From an uncultured Clostridia bacterium (GTDB lineage Bacteria; Bacillota; Clostridia; Christensenellales; Borkfalkiaceae), in the NCBI GenBank assembly GCA_944354085.1, contig CALVPW010000086.1, positions 1 to 35,450 on the forward strand: a stretch of 35,450 nucleotides of DNA, in the 5' to 3' direction. Below are positions 28,578 through 35,450 of the stretch, one piece after another. Below the pieces are notes generated by a model. It was not told the DNA's origin, ran no database searches, and worked only from the letters and a program-made list of their open reading frames with translations. The position numbers and the translations under genes were made by a program. Within the stretch, counting starts at the first letter, position 1, and each line of letters opens with the position of its first letter.

Positions 28578-29450
28578 ATGAGAATGTTTTTTTGCGCCGA
28601 ACAGGCGTGCGCCCTGTTCGTGAACGGCGCCTATCTCGGGGTCGCGGACGGCTTTTGGCGGGCGGTGGAGCTCGACCCCGCCGACCGTCCCTTTTGCGAA
28701 TGCAAGGCGGCGGGATACGCGCCCGTACGGTTCGTGGCGGACGAAGATCTCCTGTTCGCGCCGCCGCCCGGGATCGAACTGTATTTTTGCCGCGGCGACG
28801 TGTGCATCCGCCTGTGCGATTTTTTCCGCGCCGATCCCGCGCTGCGCGTCCTGTGGCAAAAGCGGCTGGGGAACGCCCTGCTCACCCTGTGTTTGCAGGG
28901 GCGGCTGACGCTCAACCTCGAAACGCCGCAGGGATTTTTCCCCATCCCCCTCCCCTTCTGCATGCAGCAGAGCGTCCCTTCGCGCGCGGGCGGGCTCTTC
29001 CTTTTGGAGAGCGAAGAGGCGTTCGCGCTCATCCGCGAGGACGGCGCCGTGTGCGCGCTCTCGGAGGGGCGGATAACCCAACGCGGGGATACGGTCTGCG
29101 CCGAAGTCCCCCTGCACGACAGCCGCGGCAGCGTCGTCAGACGCCGCTACGAGCGTGGCGTCCTGAAAGAGAGCGTCCCCGTGGCGGCACGCGGCGGCGC
29201 GGACGAGACCCCTTTGGCGTTTTTTGAGGCGCTGCTCGCGGGCGAGGACGTCACCCGACGCATGGCGCCCTCTCTCGCGTCCAAAAACAGGCTTTTAAGC
29301 AAGTTCTTGGGCAATTTCGAGCGGGCGGTCGTCCTCGAAGAAGAGGACGTGATCGGGCTCGTATACGCCCGCAAAGCGCGCGTGTTCGACGTGCGCCCCT
29401 TCCGCGTGACGACGGAGGCGGGGCGCGTGACGAACATCGTGCAGATATGA
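28578..29450 (+). CDS. Hypothetical protein (290 aa, no family recognised)
   Basis: Third-codon positions are almost all G/C in this frame, as in the confidently identified neighbours. No recognisable SD before ATG 28578 or ATG 28584, so the start is uncertain. Confidence 0.55.
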   Translation: MRMFFCAEQACALFVNGAYLGVADGFWRAVELDPADRPFCECKAAGYAPVRFVADEDLLFAPPPGIELYFCRGDVCIRLCDFFRADPALRVLWQKRLGNALLTLCLQGRLTLNLETPQGFFPIPLPFCMQQSVPSRAGGLFLLESEEAFALIREDGAVCALSEGRITQRGDTVCAEVPLHDSRGSVVRRRYERGVLKESVPVAARGGADETPLAFFEALLAGEDVTRRMAPSLASKNRLLSKFLGNFERAVVLEEEDVIGLVYARKARVFDVRPFRVTTEAGRVTNIVQI

Positions 29451-29480
29451 AAAGCTCCCCTTGCGGGGAGCTCGTATTTT
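29450..29480. terminator. Hairpin between convergent genes (better terminator for the minus-strand PPIase gene)
   Basis: AGCTCCCC-TTGC-GGGGAGCT. The minus strand reads stem followed by TTTTC; the plus strand run is weak (CGTATTTT). Confidence 0.55.
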
Positions 29481-30375
29481 AATATTTTGTGACCGTGACC
29501 GACTTGATCACGATGGGCATCTCCATCGGCGTATTGAATTCCGCCGTCAGATCGCCCTTGTTGACCGCCTCGTTGGGATCGTAGCGGTTGAGGCGCACCG
29601 TCTGCTCCTCGGTAAAGCTCGCATCCTCGTCGAGGGATTCCTTATACTCGGCGATGGCGTTCAAAAGCCCGTTCTCCAGCTGGTCCTCGTAATCCTTTGC
29701 CATGCCGAACACGCAATAGGTACTGTCGGCAGAGGGGCGCTGCTCGCCCGTGAACAGATAGAAGAGCGACGTTGCGCTGTTGTATTTGTATTTCTTCCGC
29801 TGATACGCCTGCCCGTCGTTGTTGCTGCCGCCGTCCACGCGTTTGACGGTGACCTCGCCGTTGTAGTTGCCCTTATCGGTATAGTACATGACGAGCGCGC
29901 CCGCCGAATGGACGTACTCCTTGCCGTACTCCTGCTCGACGCCGTTCGCGGAAAATTCGCCGTACACCGTATAGGTGCCCTGCGTGGCTTCGGGATCCGA
30001 CCAGACGGACTGCGTGAAGGTGATCTCCTGCTCGGCTTCGAGCGCTTTGACCGTGCTCAGATAGTCGACCTCGACGAGTTCGCCGTTCTCGATGCGGTAC
30101 CCGCCCGTATGGTAGGTATAGTCGTCGGCAATGTCGTGCACGACGAGACCGTCGTAAAATCCTGCGTCGGCAAGCTCCAAAAAGTGCTGCACGGTGTTGG
30201 GCGCGTCGTTGCGCGAGAGCACAAAATCGACCGCGTAATCTGTTCCGTTGAAGGAATAGGTGATGGTGACTTCGGGATGATCGGACGAGCAGCCGGCGAA
30301 CATCATGCAAGCGCCCGCTGCGATCGCCGCGGCAGCGCCTACGCTTGCCATGCGGCGGAAAAACTTCTTTTTCAC
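29479..30375 (-). CDS. Cyclophilin-type peptidyl-prolyl cis-trans isomerase, lipoprotein
   Basis: Lipobox MMFAGC at the signal peptide end. NTVQHFLELADAGFYDGLVVH, GALVMYYT, NSATSLFYLFT and YCVFGMAKD match the cyclophilin fold pattern, with insertions. Confidence 0.75.
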   Translation of the reverse strand: MKKKFFRRMASVGAAAAIAAGACMMFAGCSSDHPEVTITYSFNGTDYAVDFVLSRNDAPNTVQHFLELADAGFYDGLVVHDIADDYTYHTGGYRIENGELVEVDYLSTVKALEAEQEITFTQSVWSDPEATQGTYTVYGEFSANGVEQEYGKEYVHSAGALVMYYTDKGNYNGEVTVKRVDGGSNNDGQAYQRKKYKYNSATSLFYLFTGEQRPSADSTYCVFGMAKDYEDQLENGLLNAIAEYKESLDEDASFTEEQTVRLNRYDPNEAVNKGDLTAEFNTPMEMPIVIKSVTVTKY

Positions 30376-30402
30376 GGAATGACCTCCAAGTGATTCCTTT
30401 CT

Positions 30403-30431
30403 ATTTTACTTGTATTTTTGCCATCCGTCAA
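30403..30431 (-). promoter_or_regulatory. Putative promoter for the PPIase lipoprotein gene
   Basis: -35 TTGACG (30431..30426), 17-nt spacer, -10 TAAAAT (30408..30403). Confidence 0.5.
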
Positions 30432-30540
30432 GCGCTTTGCCCGCCTTCTGCGCGGAAAGAGGTGAAAATTGTGTGGATATGCCGCGCTATGCGCCCCGTA
30501 CGCGCCTGCACGGGCGCGGGCGCGCAGGCGTTTTGGGCAC

Positions 30541-30575
30541 AAAAAAAGACCTTTGGGAGATCCAAAGGTCTTTTT
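30541..30575 (-). terminator. Strong intrinsic terminator after rplL
   Basis: Minus strand GACCTTTGG-ATCTC-CCAAAGGTC followed by TTTTTTT. Confidence 0.85.
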
Positions 30576-30585
30576 GCGATCTGAT

Positions 30586-30957
30586 TTACTCCATGACCGC
30601 CGTAGCGCCCGCTTCCTTGAGCTTGGCAACGGCAGCTTCCGCGTCTGCCTTCGGCACGGCTTCTTTGAGCACGCCGAGGGACTCGACCGCCTTCTTTGCC
30701 TCGGCAAGGCCAAGGCCCGTGAACTCGCGGACGACCTTGATGACGGCGATCTTGTTTGCGCCGAAATCTTTGAGGACGACGTTGAACTCCGTCTTCTCTT
30801 CCTCTGCGGGAGCTGCATCGGCAGCGCCTGCAGCGCCTGCAACTGCAACGGGAGCCGCGGCGGAAACGCCGAACTCCTCTTCGAGCGCCTTGACGAACTC
30901 GTTGAGCTCGACAACGGTCATCGCTTTGACTTCTTCGATAAACTTTTGAACGTCCAT
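30586..30957 (-). CDS. rplL: 50S ribosomal protein L7/L12
   Basis: [26 protein letters not shown], an Ala-rich hinge, and [24 protein letters not shown]. Confidence 0.95.
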   Translation of the reverse strand: MDVQKFIEEVKAMTVVELNEFVKALEEEFGVSAAAPVAVAGAAGAADAAPAEEEKTEFNVVLKDFGANKIAVIKVVREFTGLGLAEAKKAVESLGVLKEAVPKADAEAAVAKLKEAGATAVME

Positions 30958-30981
30958 GATCAGATTCTCCTTGATTGTTTT

Positions 30982-31479
30982 TTAAGATTTGGATTTCGCG
31001 ACCGCGTTGAGCGCGTACACGAGGTTTGCGATAGGCGCCTGCAGGCAACCCACCATCTTTGCGAGCAACACCTCTCTCGAGGGGATCGCCGCGAGCTTCT
31101 TGACGCCAGCCGCATCGACGTAAGCGCCGCCTACATAGGCGCTCTTGGGAACCAGCTTCCCGTCGAGGGTGGGCGTATCCTTGACTGCCTTTGCGAGAAG
31201 CGAGCAGCCGCTCGTTTCGTCGGGGCAGAAGACGAACGCAGTCGCGCCGTTCAGATCGTTATCGAACGCCGTAACGCCGAGCTCCTCGAACGCCTTGCGC
31301 ACAAGGGTGTTCTTGTACACCTTGTACTCGCAGGACGCGCTGCGGAACTTGTTGCGAAGTTCGGTGACTTCGGCGACCGTGAGCCTGTCGTACGTTGCGA
31401 GGACGACCGACTTGCTCGCCGTGATCTTTTCTTTGATCTCTTCGACGACTGCCTTCTTTGCCTCAAAATTTGCCGACAT
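30982..31479 (-). CDS. rplJ: 50S ribosomal protein L10
   Basis: KKAVVEEIKEKITASKSVVLATYDRLTVAEVTELR. GGAGG SD. Precedes rplL. Confidence 0.95.
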   Translation of the reverse strand: MSANFEAKKAVVEEIKEKITASKSVVLATYDRLTVAEVTELRNKFRSASCEYKVYKNTLVRKAFEELGVTAFDNDLNGATAFVFCPDETSGCSLLAKAVKDTPTLDGKLVPKSAYVGGAYVDAAGVKKLAAIPSREVLLAKMVGCLQAPIANLVYALNAVAKSKS

Positions 31480-31652
31480 AATTACCTCCGTAAAACTCTT
31501 GAAAGAGCCGATTGCGCGCCGTAAGGCGCATTGCGCGCCGTAAGGCGCAAAAAAACTTCCGCACCGCAGACGGGTACGGAAGCAAATATCCTCTTCTTCC
31601 TACCTCGACGGGAGATTAAGCGCATCGCTGCGCGCCCGTTGTCTGCGGTATG
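31480..31652 (-). promoter_or_regulatory. Ribosomal protein L10 (rplJL) leader with attenuator hairpin
   Basis: About 170-nt 5' UTR downstream of a TTGACG-17-TATAAT promoter. ACCGCAGAC...GTCTGCGGT long-range pairing competes with terminator-like GCTTCCG-15 nt-CGGAAG-TTTTTTT (31583..31549). The position and attenuator logic match the Firmicute L10 leader. Confidence 0.55.
31511..31548. repeat. Perfect 19-nt tandem duplication inside the L10 leader
   Basis: Plus strand ATTGCGCGCCGTAAGGCGC occurs twice (31511..31529 and 31530..31548). Each unit folds as GCGCC-TTAC-GGCGC on the mRNA strand. Confidence 0.9.
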
Positions 31653-31658
31653 TGCCTA

Positions 31659-31687
31659 TTATAACTTACAAATACGCTTTCGTCAAG
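31659..31687 (-). promoter_or_regulatory. Putative promoter for rplJ-rplL
   Basis: -35 TTGACG (31687..31682), 17-nt spacer, -10 TATAAT (31664..31659). Confidence 0.55.
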
Positions 31688-31701
31688 CGATTTTGCGCGG
31701 T

Positions 31702-32394
31702 TTAGCCGCGGTTGAAGCTGACTTTTACGCCGGGGCCCATCGTGGACGTGAGCGTGACGCTCTTCACGTACTGACCTTTGGCTGCGGCGGGCTTGGCGCG
31801 GACGATCGCGTCCATCAGGGCGTTGAAGTTTTCGAGGATCTTTTCGTTCCCGAAGCTCTTCTTGCCGATGGGGCAGTGGATGATCGCCGTCTTATCGAGA
31901 CGATACTCGACCTTACCTGCTTTGACTTCCTGCACCGCGCGGGTGACGTCCATCGTGACCGTGCCCGACTTGGGGTTGGGCATGAGACCCTTAGGACCAA
32001 GGATACGGCCGATGCGGCCGACGACGCCCATCATGTCGGGCGTGGTGATCATCACGTCGAAGCCGAACCAGTTCTCCGTCTGGATCTTTTGGATCATCTC
32101 TTCGGCGCCGACGAAATCCGCACCTGCGGCGACGGCTGCGTCTGCACGCTCGCCCTTGGCGATGACGAGAACCTTTTTGGTCTTGCCCGTACCGTTGGGA
32201 AGGACGAGAACGCCGCGGACCTGCTGGTCTGCCTGGCGGGGATCGATGCCGAGGCGGACGTGAAGCTCCACCGTTTCATCGAACTTTGCCTTTGCGTTTT
32301 CGAGGACGATCCCTACCGCCTCGGCTGCGTCGTATGCGCGCTGCTTATCGTAAGACTTGATGCTTTCAGCGTATTTTTTCCCGTATTTCATCAA
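31702..32394 (-). CDS. rplA: 50S ribosomal protein L1
   Basis: [12 protein letters not shown]..., [37 protein letters not shown]. Confidence 0.95.
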   Translation of the reverse strand: MMKYGKKYAESIKSYDKQRAYDAAEAVGIVLENAKAKFDETVELHVRLGIDPRQADQQVRGVLVLPNGTGKTKKVLVIAKGERADAAVAAGADFVGAEEMIQKIQTENWFGFDVMITTPDMMGVVGRIGRILGPKGLMPNPKSGTVTMDVTRAVQEVKAGKVEYRLDKTAIIHCPIGKKSFGNEKILENFNALMDAIVRAKPAAAKGQYVKSVTLTSTMGPGVKVSFNRG

Positions 32395-32434
32395 TAACCT
32401 CCTGTGGTTCCTGCGAGATATGACTCTCTCCCAC

Positions 32435-32860
32435 TTACTCCTCGACGGTGACGCCCATGCTGCGCGCCGTGCCCTTGATCATGCTGATGGCGCTCTCGAG
32501 GCTGGTGCAATTGAGATCGGGAAGTTTCATCTTTGCGATCTCTTCGACCTGCGCCTTGGTGAGCTTGCCCACTTTGACCTTGTTGGGCGTAGCGGATGCA
32601 GTTTCGAGCCCGAGCGCCTTTTTGATGAGCACGGGCGCGGGGGGCGTTTTGAGCACGAACGTGAACGAACGATCCTGATAGATCGTCATCACGACGGGGA
32701 TGATGAGCCCTTCCTGCCCTGCCGTTTTGGCGTTGAACTCCTTGGTAAAGCCGGGGATATTGATCCCGTGCGGGCCCAGCGTCGAACCGACGGGGGGACC
32801 GGGCGTGGCTTTGCCGGCGGGAAGCTGCAACTTGACGACTGCGGTGATCTTTTTAGCCAT
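32435..32860 (-). CDS. rplK: 50S ribosomal protein L11
   Basis: [35 protein letters not shown]. Start re-set to ATG 32860 with GGAGGAAAG SD. Confidence 0.95.
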   Translation of the reverse strand: MAKKITAVVKLQLPAGKATPGPPVGSTLGPHGINIPGFTKEFNAKTAGQEGLIIPVVMTIYQDRSFTFVLKTPPAPVLIKKALGLETASATPNKVKVGKLTKAQVEEIAKMKLPDLNCTSLESAISMIKGTARSMGVTVEE

Positions 32861-32958
32861 AGTTACTTTCCTCCGTAGTGGTGTTTGCAAGGCGGCGACA
32901 AATGGATTTACCGCCTCTCCCACATATATACCGATGGGCGTGCGCCCTTTCGATCAGA

Positions 32959-33525
32959 TCATTCCTCGTCCTCGCGGGGGACTTCCACCGCGTCGGGCGA
33001 GATCTTTTGCATCTGCACGTACTCGACTTCCACATCCTGCTGACGGCCGAACATGACGATGCTCACTTTGGCGTGCTGCGTTTCGTCGTTGACTTCGCGG
33101 ATGGTGCCCACGAAGCCCTCGAGCGGGCCGTTGTCGATGGAGACGCGGTCGCCCGGCTTGAAGTCGGCGTCGACGACGAACTCCTCGAGACGCATTTTGC
33201 GGATCTCCTCCTCCTTCATGGGGATGGGACGCCCCTGCGGGCCGCAGAACCCCGTAACGCCGCGCGTGTTGGTGACGAGGTACCACAGCTGGTTGGAATA
33301 GATCATCTTGATAAAGACGTAGCAGGGAAGAAGTTTGCGTTCGACGACCTTCTTTTTGCCGTTCGCCTTCTCTTCGATGGTCTGCTCCGTAGGGATCTTG
33401 ACGTCGAAGATGCTGTCTTGTAAGTTGTTGTTTTCGATGAGACGGAGCAGATCCTGCTTGACGATGGCTTCGTAGCCCGAATAGGTGTGCAGGATATACC
33501 ACTTGGGTTGGGTATCGTTTGCCAT
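32959..33525 (-). CDS. nusG: Transcription termination/antitermination factor NusG
   Basis: KWYILHTYSGYE (NGN domain) and C-terminal KOW FKPGDRVSIDNGPLEGFVGTIREV. Confidence 0.95.
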   Translation of the reverse strand: MANDTQPKWYILHTYSGYEAIVKQDLLRLIENNNLQDSIFDVKIPTEQTIEEKANGKKKVVERKLLPCYVFIKMIYSNQLWYLVTNTRGVTGFCGPQGRPIPMKEEEIRKMRLEEFVVDADFKPGDRVSIDNGPLEGFVGTIREVNDETQHAKVSIVMFGRQQDVEVEYVQMQKISPDAVEVPREDEE

Positions 33526-33535
33526 ATCCGCCCCC

Positions 33536-33871
33536 TTATTCGATCCCCGTCGTCATCAGATCGAGCAACTCGGAAAGCCCGTAGTTGATGCCCGTGACGA
33601 TGACCGTGAAAATGAGCACGATCACAAGGACGACGCCCGTCGCTTTGAGCGCCTTGCCGAAAGACGGCCACGTGACGCGCTTGAGCTCGGAGAACGTTTC
33701 CTTGATCTTGCGGCCCATCCGCACAAAGATGTTGGGCTTTTTGTTCTTATCGGGCTTTTTGCGCTTGTCGGCTTGTTTTTTGGCGTCCGCCGCGGGCAGG
33801 CTGTTTTTGGCGACCTTTGCCGCTTCGGCTTCCGCCTGCTCCTTTTCGAGCTCTTTGTTCTTTTTCGACAT
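33536..33871 (-). CDS. secE: Preprotein translocase subunit SecE with a Lys/Ala-rich N-terminal extension
   Basis: ETFSELKRVTWPSFGKALKATGVVLVIVLIFTVIV core. The extension has high GC3, consistent with translation. rpmG-secE-nusG order. Confidence 0.85.
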   Translation of the reverse strand: MSKKNKELEKEQAEAEAAKVAKNSLPAADAKKQADKRKKPDKNKKPNIFVRMGRKIKETFSELKRVTWPSFGKALKATGVVLVIVLIFTVIVTGINYGLSELLDLMTTGIE

Positions 33872-33896
33872 GGCTGTTCCCCTATCCGCTCTTTGC

Positions 33897-34061
33897 TTAT
33901 TTGGACTCTTTGTGCACCGTGTGCTTTTTGCACGTGGGGCAGTACTTTTTCAGCTCAAGGCGATCGGGATCGTTGCGCTTATTTTTGAAGCTGTCGTAAT
34001 TGCGGTTTTTGCACTCCGTGCACTCGAACGTTATTTTCATTCTCGTGGATTTGGTTGCCAT
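33897..34061 (-). CDS. rpmG: 50S ribosomal protein L33
   Basis: [54 protein letters not shown] (CxxC...CxxC zinc ribbon). Start re-set to ATG 34061 with GGAG SD. Confidence 0.9.
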   Translation of the reverse strand: MATKSTRMKITFECTECKNRNYDSFKNKRNDPDRLELKKYCPTCKKHTVHKESK

Positions 34062-34110
34062 CGTGAAAACTCCATACAAAAAAATTACACCCCGTCAGGT
34101 GCGTACGCTT

Positions 34111-34139
34111 AGTGTAGCACAACGGGGCGTGCCTGTCAA
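34111..34139 (-). promoter_or_regulatory. Putative promoter for rpmG-secE-nusG-rplKA
   Basis: -35 TTGACA (34139..34134), 17-nt spacer ending TGc, -10 TACACT (34116..34111). AT-rich UP-like tract upstream at about 34150..34175. Confidence 0.5.
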
Positions 34140-34194
34140 TCGATTTTTGCCGCGGAATAAAAATTTTTTATAAATTTGCGCGCCCGCCTCAGTC

Positions 34195-34300
34195 CTCGGC
34201 GCCCTCCTTGGAGGGAGCTGTCGAGCGTGAGCGAGACTGAGGGAGTGCTCGGCGCCCTCCTCGGAGGGAGCTGGCGAGCGTAAGCGAGACTGAGGGAGTT
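34195..34300. repeat. 53-bp tandem repeat, two copies, GC-rich and hairpin-forming
   Basis: CTCGGCGCCCTCCTYGGAGGGAGCTGKCGAGCGTRAGCGAGACTGAGGGAGTK at 34195..34247 and 34248..34300, with 4 mismatches. Contains the CCCTCC-TT/TC-GGAGGG hairpin. Followed at 34296..34343 by three more short GC hairpins. Confidence 0.85.
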
Positions 34301-34374
34301 ACTCCCACCGCCCCTTATGGGGCACCTCCCTCACGGAGGGAGGCAAGGGTGTTGTGCGCAGCGCCCAAAATAAG

Positions 34375-34406
34375 CAAAAAGCCTGCTCATGCGAGCAGGC
34401 TTTTTA
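34375..34406 (-). terminator. Intrinsic terminator after the Cys/His-rich repeat protein gene
   Basis: Minus strand GCCTGCTC-GCAT-GAGCAGGC followed by TTTTTGC. Confidence 0.8.
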
Positions 34407-34429
34407 CATTGCTTGTTTTCAATGATCTG

Positions 34430-35450
34430 TTATGCGGGGAAGGTGACAACCGTATCGGTAATGCTCGTGATCGTTGCGGAGCACTTTTCGCCCGATACTT
34501 TGAAGGTCAATGCAGCAGGAACGACAGCATTTTCCACGAAGCTGCAAACATACGTAACATGATACGTATTGTCTCCTCTCACGAACTCCAGATCGATCTT
34601 GACTTCGGCTATGCTCGTAAAATCAAACGTAGCCGTCCAATCCACACCTGCCTTGATATCACTCAGCCACTGAGTCCAATCGAGCGCACCGTCATTCAAT
34701 GCAGACGTGACTTTATAATTGCCATTCTGGACACTGTCGCCGGATCCAAACAGGCTCGGATCGGTGGCAGCCAGCAAGTAAGCATCGCAGCGGACGATCG
34801 GACCTCTTGCAATATCGAAGAGCAGCCCGTCCCAGTTTGCCGTCGCTTGCGATGTCATTGTCCCTTTCAGCGTAAGCGTGGTGCCGACTTCGAGGCTGAA
34901 TTCCTGACCGTTGTTGTAATACGTCGCAAGGTATGCTGCCGACGTGAACGAATTGTTCTCGGTCAACTCTTGCGTGGACGTAGCAAACGTTGCGCCGCAA
35001 ACGGAGCACACATTATCGTTTACCGTGGTATGCGGGCATGCCGATCCGCACACTTCGCAAGCGCCTTTGACATAGGTATGCTCGGTATGCGCAGGGTCGA
35101 TCTGACCGCAGCCGTCCGCAACGCATTTCCCGCCAAGGGTGCGGAACACGTGGGTGTGATCGGGATCCAAGTAACCGCAGACCGTGCAGTGACCGTAGCC
35201 GTGATCGCCGCCGACGTTCGGATCCGTACCCCAGACGTGGGTGTGATCGGGATCCAGATAACCGCAGACCGTGCAGTGACCGTAGCCGTGATCGCCGCCG
35301 ACGCTCGGATCCGTACCCCAGTCGTGCACCGTGGGATATGCAGCCTTATCGGCAAGGTAGTTCTGATAGCGCGTGGCGACCGCAGCGTCATCGAGCGCGC
35401 CCACCTGCACGATGAGGTCTTCCGACTGCATGTTCTGCACCGTCGTCAGG
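34430..35450 (-). CDS. Cys/His-rich tandem-repeat protein with an unassigned beta-rich C-terminal domain; N-terminus lies beyond the right edge
   Basis: The track start 35440 is a GTG, and the frame stays open to 35450 (..LTTVQNMQSEDL). Two near-identical 29-aa repeats WGTDP[SN]VGGDHGYGHCTVCGYLDPDHTHV, then CVADGCGQIDPAHTEH, CEVCGSACPH and CSVCG, then about 200 aa rich in Thr/Ser/Val/Asp. Confidence 0.7.
   Translation of the reverse strand, partial: LTTVQNMQSEDLIVQVGALDDAAVATRYQNYLADKAAYPTVHDWGTDPSVGGDHGYGHCTVCGYLDPDHTHVWGTDPNVGGDHGYGHCTVCGYLDPDHTHVFRTLGGKCVADGCGQIDPAHTEHTYVKGACEVCGSACPHTTVNDNVCSVCGATFATSTQELTENNSFTSAAYLATYYNNGQEFSLEVGTTLTLKGTMTSQATANWDGLLFDIARGPIVRCDAYLLAATDPSLFGSGDSVQNGNYKVTSALNDGALDWTQWLSDIKAGVDWTATFDFTSIAEVKIDLEFVRGDNTYHVTYVCSFVENAVVPAALTFKVSGEKCSATITSITDTVVTFPA
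35148..35321. repeat. 87-bp in-frame tandem duplication (2 copies) inside the repeat-protein gene
   Basis: 35148..35234 and 35235..35321 differ at only about 3 positions. Confidence 0.9.

Noticed and set aside
28561-28586. Leaderless start for the 290-aa hypothetical gene, by analogy with ruvC and ruvX
   Set aside because: No -10-like hexamer sits at the required 6-nt distance from ATG 28578 or ATG 28584. The start and promoter remain unresolved.
27660-29117. 485-aa minus-strand ORF covering the YtxH-like gene, the Myb-like gene and half of the 290-aa gene
   Set aside because: It is Arg/Gly-rich with no motifs. It crosses a divergent promoter region. The three shorter genes have the proper GC3 bias, and two of them have strong SDs.
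32861-32958. Possible L1-binding autoregulatory leader upstream of rplK
   Set aside because: A hairpin (AGGCGG...CCGCCT) is present, but I cannot support mimicry of the 23S L1 stalk from sequence alone, and I see no clear promoter.
34195-34300. Possible CRISPR array
   Set aside because: There are only two directly abutting 53-bp units with no unique spacers, and no cas genes in the window.

Overview
GC-rich Clostridia-type chromosomal segment, almost entirely core housekeeping genes. I see no transposase, integrase, CRISPR array, tRNA or rRNA.

Gene order:
- Minus strand, 1-11.9 kb: ruvC > ruvA > ruvB > queA > tgt > yajC > small membrane protein > SCIFF precursor (scfA) > SCIFF radical-SAM maturase (scfB) > secD > secF > recJ. 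recJ runs off the left edge and is missing from the ORF track.
- Plus strand: argH, then ilvB-ilvN-ilvD.
- A LysR-type regulator lies divergent from leuC-leuD-leuB, followed by a YggS-family gene and a Zn-phospholipase-C-like gene.
- Minus strand again: Leu T-box > leuA > queH; perR-like > rubrerythrin; ruvX > DUF1292; a small YtxH-like protein; a SANT/Myb-like hypothetical divergent from a 290-aa hypothetical; a cyclophilin lipoprotein; and rpmG > secE > nusG > rplK > rplA > rplJ > rplL.
- At the right edge is the 3' part of a lower-GC gene encoding a Cys/His-rich tandem-repeat protein.

ORF track caveats: it uses the longest possible ORF including alternative start codons, so I re-set about ten N-termini using SD spacing and family N-terminal motifs. 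The many long Arg/Ala/Gly-rich ORFs antisense to or out of frame with real genes are high-GC shadow ORFs.

No convincing new multi-gene system is visible. The observations most worth follow-up:
- The SCIFF RiPP locus and its intercistronic hairpin.
- A 22-bp perfect palindrome that builds two mirror-image, mutually overlapping promoters (lysR/leuC).
- queH translationally coupled to a Leu-T-box-controlled leuA.
- Identical leaderless promoter geometry at both ruvC and ruvX.
- A perfect 19-nt tandem duplication in the L10 leader.
- GC-rich hairpin repeats in two intergenic regions.
- The C2H2-like repeat protein at the right edge.
- A divergent pair of uncharacterised genes.
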